Shown here: piece by piece, positions 60,735-64,000 of the stretch | Layout of the letters: each line of letters opens with the position of its first letter | Numbering within the stretch: position 1 is the first letter of the stretch | NCBI GenBank assembly: GCA_910584585.1 | Contig: CAJUBP010000020.1 | Coordinates: 881-64,880, forward strand | DNA: 64,000 nt | From: an uncultured Lachnospiraceae bacterium | GTDB lineage: Bacteria > Bacillota > Clostridia > Lachnospirales > Lachnospiraceae | Direction: 5' to 3' | Program-made: the position numbers and the translations under genes | Notes under the pieces: model-generated | The model's database searches: none | What the model saw: the letters and a program-made list of their open reading frames with translations, nothing else | Told to the model about the DNA's origin: nothing

Positions 60735-61427
60735 ATGGCAGGAAAATTATTTGGGATCGGGGTTGGCCCCGGCGATCCGGAACTTTTAACAGGAAAGGCC
60801 CTCAAATGCGTCAGAGCTTGCGATGTGCTTGCGGTGCCGGGAACCCGGAAAGAAGAGACGGCAGCTTATAAGATTGTAGTTCAGGCGGCGCCGGAGATTG
60901 TGGAGAAGGCATTTCTGGAATTGGAAATGCCTATGACAAAAGACAAAGAAAAACTGGCCGAGAGCCACCGAAAAGCATTCGGCAGGATTCGGGAGGCCCT
61001 GGATCAGGGGAAGCAGATCGGATTTCTCACACTGGGCGATCCCTGCATTTATTCCACCTATATTTACATGCACAAGCTGGCAGTGGAAGCAGGCTATGAG
61101 ACGGAAATTATCAATGGAATTCCTTCCTTCTGCGCCGTTTCCGCAAAACTGAATCAGGGGCTTGTGGAGCAGTCCCAGATGCTCCATATCCTGCCCTCCA
61201 CCTATGGAGTGGAAGCGGGAATGGATTTGCCGGGCACGAAAGTCTTAATGAAGCCCGGAAAAAAATTGAAGTCTATTAAGGAGAAATTAGCAGAATATCC
61301 GGACAGCCAGGCGTCAATGATAGAACGGTGCGGAATGGAAGAAGAGCGTATTTATCGTACTGCCGGGGAAATCCCGGAGCAGACAGGTTATTACTCTCTG
61401 TTAATTGTAAAGGAGCAGGAAAGATGA
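60735..61427 (+). CDS. cbiL: Cobalt-precorrin-2 C20-methyltransferase
   Basis: Start taken at MAGKLFGIGVGPGDPELLT. Tetrapyrrole methylase fold. Confidence 0.8.
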   Translation: MAGKLFGIGVGPGDPELLTGKALKCVRACDVLAVPGTRKEETAAYKIVVQAAPEIVEKAFLELEMPMTKDKEKLAESHRKAFGRIREALDQGKQIGFLTLGDPCIYSTYIYMHKLAVEAGYETEIINGIPSFCAVSAKLNQGLVEQSQMLHILPSTYGVEAGMDLPGTKVLMKPGKKLKSIKEKLAEYPDSQASMIERCGMEEERIYRTAGEIPEQTGYYSLLIVKEQER

Positions 61428-62179
61428 TTTATTTTGTAGGAGCAGGAAGCGGAGCAGTGGATTTGATTACCGTCCGGGGGCAGCGTCTGCTGCAGCAGGC
61501 GGATGTGATTATTTACGCAGGTTCTTTGGTGAATCCCATGTTGTTAGAGGAAAAGAAGCCGGACTGCGAAGTGTTTAACAGCGCGAAAATGACGCTGGAG
61601 GAAGTCATTCAGGTGATGAAGGATGCGGAACAGCAGGGGAAAATGACCGTGCGTCTGCACACCGGCGATCCCAGCATTTACGGAGCTGTGCGGGAGCAGA
61701 TGGACTGCCTGGATCAGGAGGAAATTTTTTATGAGAGCTGTCCGGGAGTCAGTTCTTTTTGCGGAGCGGCGGCGGCTTTGAATCTGGAATATACGCTGCC
61801 GGATGTTTCCCAGAGCGTGATTATTACCAGAATGGCAGGAAGGACTCCTGTGCCGGAAAAAGAGGAAATTGCGGAATTTGCGGCCCATCAGGCCACAATG
61901 GTAGTTTTCTTAAGCGCAGGAATGTTAGAAGAACTGGCCAGCCGGCTTTTGGCCGGCGGATACCAGGAAAGCACGCCTGCAGCCCTTGTGTATAAGGCGA
62001 CCTGGCCCGATGAAAAAACCTGCGTTTGTACGGTGGGAACTCTGGCGGAAACAGGAAAGAGCCAGAATATTTCCAAGACAGCCCTTGTGATTGTGGGGGA
62101 CGCAGTGACCCATAATCACTATCGGAGGAGCGATTTGTATCATCCTGATTTTGAGACGGAATTCCGTAAGCCATCCTAA
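61424..62179 (+). CDS. cbiF: Cobalt-precorrin-4 C11-methyltransferase
   Basis: Start taken at MIYFVGAGSGAVDLITVRG (ATGA overlap with the cbiL stop). LHTGDPSIYGA motif. Confidence 0.85.
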   Translation: MIYFVGAGSGAVDLITVRGQRLLQQADVIIYAGSLVNPMLLEEKKPDCEVFNSAKMTLEEVIQVMKDAEQQGKMTVRLHTGDPSIYGAVREQMDCLDQEEIFYESCPGVSSFCGAAAALNLEYTLPDVSQSVIITRMAGRTPVPEKEEIAEFAAHQATMVVFLSAGMLEELASRLLAGGYQESTPAALVYKATWPDEKTCVCTVGTLAETGKSQNISKTALVIVGDAVTHNHYRRSDLYHPDFETEFRKPS

Positions 62180-62199
62180 GGAAAGGGGTGGTAAGAATC

Positions 62200-63276
62200 A
62201 TGGAATCTGCACAGGCTTCCATTGTCTGGTTTACGGAAAATGGAGAGAAGCTGGCGTACAGAGTCAGGGAAAAATTAGAAGGCCGAATTCAGGTTCAGAT
62301 GGGGCGAAGTCCCGGACAGTCCTTAAAGGAATGGTGCCGGGAAGGATTTGAGTCCAGACAGCTTCTGATTTTTGTGGGGGCGGTGGGGATTGCAGTCCGT
62401 TCCATAGCCCCTTATCTGCAGGATAAATTCACCGATCCTGCGGTTCTGGTTCTGGATGAACAGGGCCGGTATGTGATTCCGGTTTTGTCCGGACATGTGG
62501 GCGGCGGAAACCGGTGGGCCGCGTATCTGGCTGAAGAACTTTCGGCGGTTGGAGTGATTACCACCGCGACGGATTTAAACGGGAAGTTTGCGGTGGATGT
62601 GTTTGCCGCCGAACGGAATCTGCTGCTTACAGATCGGAGAATGGCGAAGCAGATTTCAGCGGAGATTCTGGCCGGATCGCAGGTGGGAATTTACTGTGAG
62701 AAAAAAGTGGAAGGAAGCCTTCCGAAAGAACTGGTTTTGGAAACAGAAAACCTGGATCATAACCGGGCAGTAAGAAGCCGGATCTATATTGGAATTCATT
62801 ATGAGAAAGATAGAATAAATACGCTGCATCTGCACCCCAAAGCAGTGGTTATAGGCATAGGCTGCAAGAAGGGCAAGACCGGGGAAGAAATAGAAGCGTT
62901 TGTGCAGAAAATACTGCAAAAACAGCGGATTGCCATGGAAAGCATATCCTGCCTGGCGTCCATTGATCTCAAAAAAGACGAAAAGGGCATTCTGGAATTT
63001 GCCGGAAAATATCAAATACCTTTTGTGACTTTTTCCAAAGAACAATTGGGGCAGGCGCCGGGAGAATTTAAGGAATCGGATTTTGTAAAAGAGGTAACGG
63101 GCATTGGAAATGTGTGTGAACGTTCCGCTGTTTTAGCGGCATTGGAAATGCCCCGGGAATTGCCCTTTACACAGGAAAGAAAAGGAACAGCCGGCAGGCT
63201 GATCTTAGAGAAAACTGCAGAATGCGGAATCACTCTGGCATTGGCTGAGAAAGAATGGAGCATTGAATTCGGGTGA
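62200..63276 (+). CDS. cbiG: Cobalt-precorrin-5A hydrolase
   Basis: CbiG-like N-, mid- and C-domains (IGIGCKKG...IASIDLKKDE). Confidence 0.8.
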   Translation: MESAQASIVWFTENGEKLAYRVREKLEGRIQVQMGRSPGQSLKEWCREGFESRQLLIFVGAVGIAVRSIAPYLQDKFTDPAVLVLDEQGRYVIPVLSGHVGGGNRWAAYLAEELSAVGVITTATDLNGKFAVDVFAAERNLLLTDRRMAKQISAEILAGSQVGIYCEKKVEGSLPKELVLETENLDHNRAVRSRIYIGIHYEKDRINTLHLHPKAVVIGIGCKKGKTGEEIEAFVQKILQKQRIAMESISCLASIDLKKDEKGILEFAGKYQIPFVTFSKEQLGQAPGEFKESDFVKEVTGIGNVCERSAVLAALEMPRELPFTQERKGTAGRLILEKTAECGITLALAEKEWSIEFG

Positions 63277-63297
63277 ATTATATAGAGGAAGAATGGA

Positions 63298-64000
63298 GTG
63301 TTGAAATTGAGTAAATTATATGTGGTGGGCATTGGGCCGGGAAGTTATGAGGAAATGACGCTGCGGGCGATCCGCACGCTGGAACGGTGCCAGGTTATTG
63401 TGGGATATACTGTGTATGTGGATCTGGTGAAAGAGCATTTTCCAGATAAGGAATTTCTTACCACTCCCATGCGCCAGGAGGTGGAGCGGTGCCGCCTTGC
63501 CTTTGAGCAGGCAGCAGGGGGAAAAGAAACCGGGATGATTTGCAGCGGAGACGCCGGAGTCTACGGCATGAGCGGCGTGATTTTGGAAATCGGCGCGGAA
63601 TATCCCCAGGTGTCTGTGGAGATTGTTCCCGGAGTTACGGCTGCGTTAAGCGGCGGGGCGCTGCTTGGGGCTCCGCTGATGCATGATTTTGCGGTCATCA
63701 GCCTCAGTGATTTGATGACGCCCTGGGAGTTGATTGCCAAGCGGCTGGAAGCGGCGGCCAGCGCGGATTTTTCCGTCTGCATCTATAATCCCTCCAGCAA
63801 AAAGCGGGGAGATTATCTCAAGAAAGCCTGTGAGATTCTCAGGAAATATAAGAGCGGGGATACGGTCTGCGGAGTGGCGTTCAATATCGGGCGCCAAGGG
63901 GAAGGCAGGACGTTCTATACTCTGGATGAGCTTGCGCAGGTGCGGACGGATATGTTTTCCACTGTGTTTGTAGGCAATTCTGCCACGAAACTTGTAAATG
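63298..64000 (+). CDS. cbiH: Cobalt-precorrin-3B C17-methyltransferase, partial (3' end off-window, not in the ORF track)
   Basis: Open frame from GTG 63298: LYVVGIGPGSYEEMTLRA...CSGDAGVYGM...VPGVTAA, the tetrapyrrole methylase signature. Confidence 0.8.
   Translation, partial: MLKLSKLYVVGIGPGSYEEMTLRAIRTLERCQVIVGYTVYVDLVKEHFPDKEFLTTPMRQEVERCRLAFEQAAGGKETGMICSGDAGVYGMSGVILEIGAEYPQVSVEIVPGVTAALSGGALLGAPLMHDFAVISLSDLMTPWELIAKRLEAAASADFSVCIYNPSSKKRGDYLKKACEILRKYKSGDTVCGVAFNIGRQGEGRTFYTLDELAQVRTDMFSTVFVGNSATKLVN

Overview
64-kb chromosomal window that looks like a Clostridia (Lachnospiraceae-like) gut anaerobe, judged only from gene content, AGGAGG-type ribosome binding sites (RBS) and mid-range GC. 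No rRNA, tRNA or CRISPR array was seen.

Gene content, left to right:
- Tandem AAA-ATPase/PD-(D/E)XK paralogs.
- A ~14-kb pair of divergent operons resembling E. coli cai/fix: fixA, fixB, caiC, two CaiB-type CoA-transferases, caiD and caiA. It also carries a Bcd/EtfBA module, an MBL-fold hydrolase, and a sodium:solute symporter preceded by an untracked 35-aa membrane peptide.
- YitT, an MFS transporter and an esterase.
- An IS200-type element and a LacI regulator.
- A rubredoxin-fused GltS-like flavoenzyme and a hybrid sensor kinase.
- An OmpR/histidine-kinase pair next to an ATPase-less ABC cluster (giant binding protein, two permeases, HlyD-like protein), then a secreted repeat protein.
- A DtxR-family repressor with feoA-feoA-feoB.
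- A HAD hydrolase, a PTS EIIBCA and a second LacI regulator.
- DUF2325 plus an untracked 52-aa rubredoxin.
- Two paralogous large Ig-like surface proteins flanking an Rpn-like PD-(D/E)XK gene.
- An aminotransferase and nadA.
- A preQ1-riboswitch / radical-SAM / YhhQ operon.
- The start of a cbiD-L-F-G-H cobalamin operon.

Most interesting non-coding signals:
1. Poly-G tracts sit exactly in the -35/-10 spacer of both surface-protein promoters: 11 G gives a 17-bp spacer, 8 G gives a 14-bp spacer.
2. The cbi operon has no recognisable cobalamin riboswitch. Its leader is three near-identical 71-nt tandem repeats, each with a Shine-Dalgarno sequence and a 4-codon MVYP-stop mini-ORF. The last mini-ORF ends overlapping the cbiD start.
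3. Two tandem hairpin domains upstream of nadA have an invariant loop and compensatory stem changes.
4. A ~290-nt highly structured element closed by a 16-bp stem lies downstream of feoB.
5. A ~208-nt MITE-like hairpin repeat occurs twice.
6. An 18-bp dyad operator is shared by feo and DUF2325/rubredoxin.

All family assignments are by-eye motif recognition and recalled reference sequences. No searches were run.
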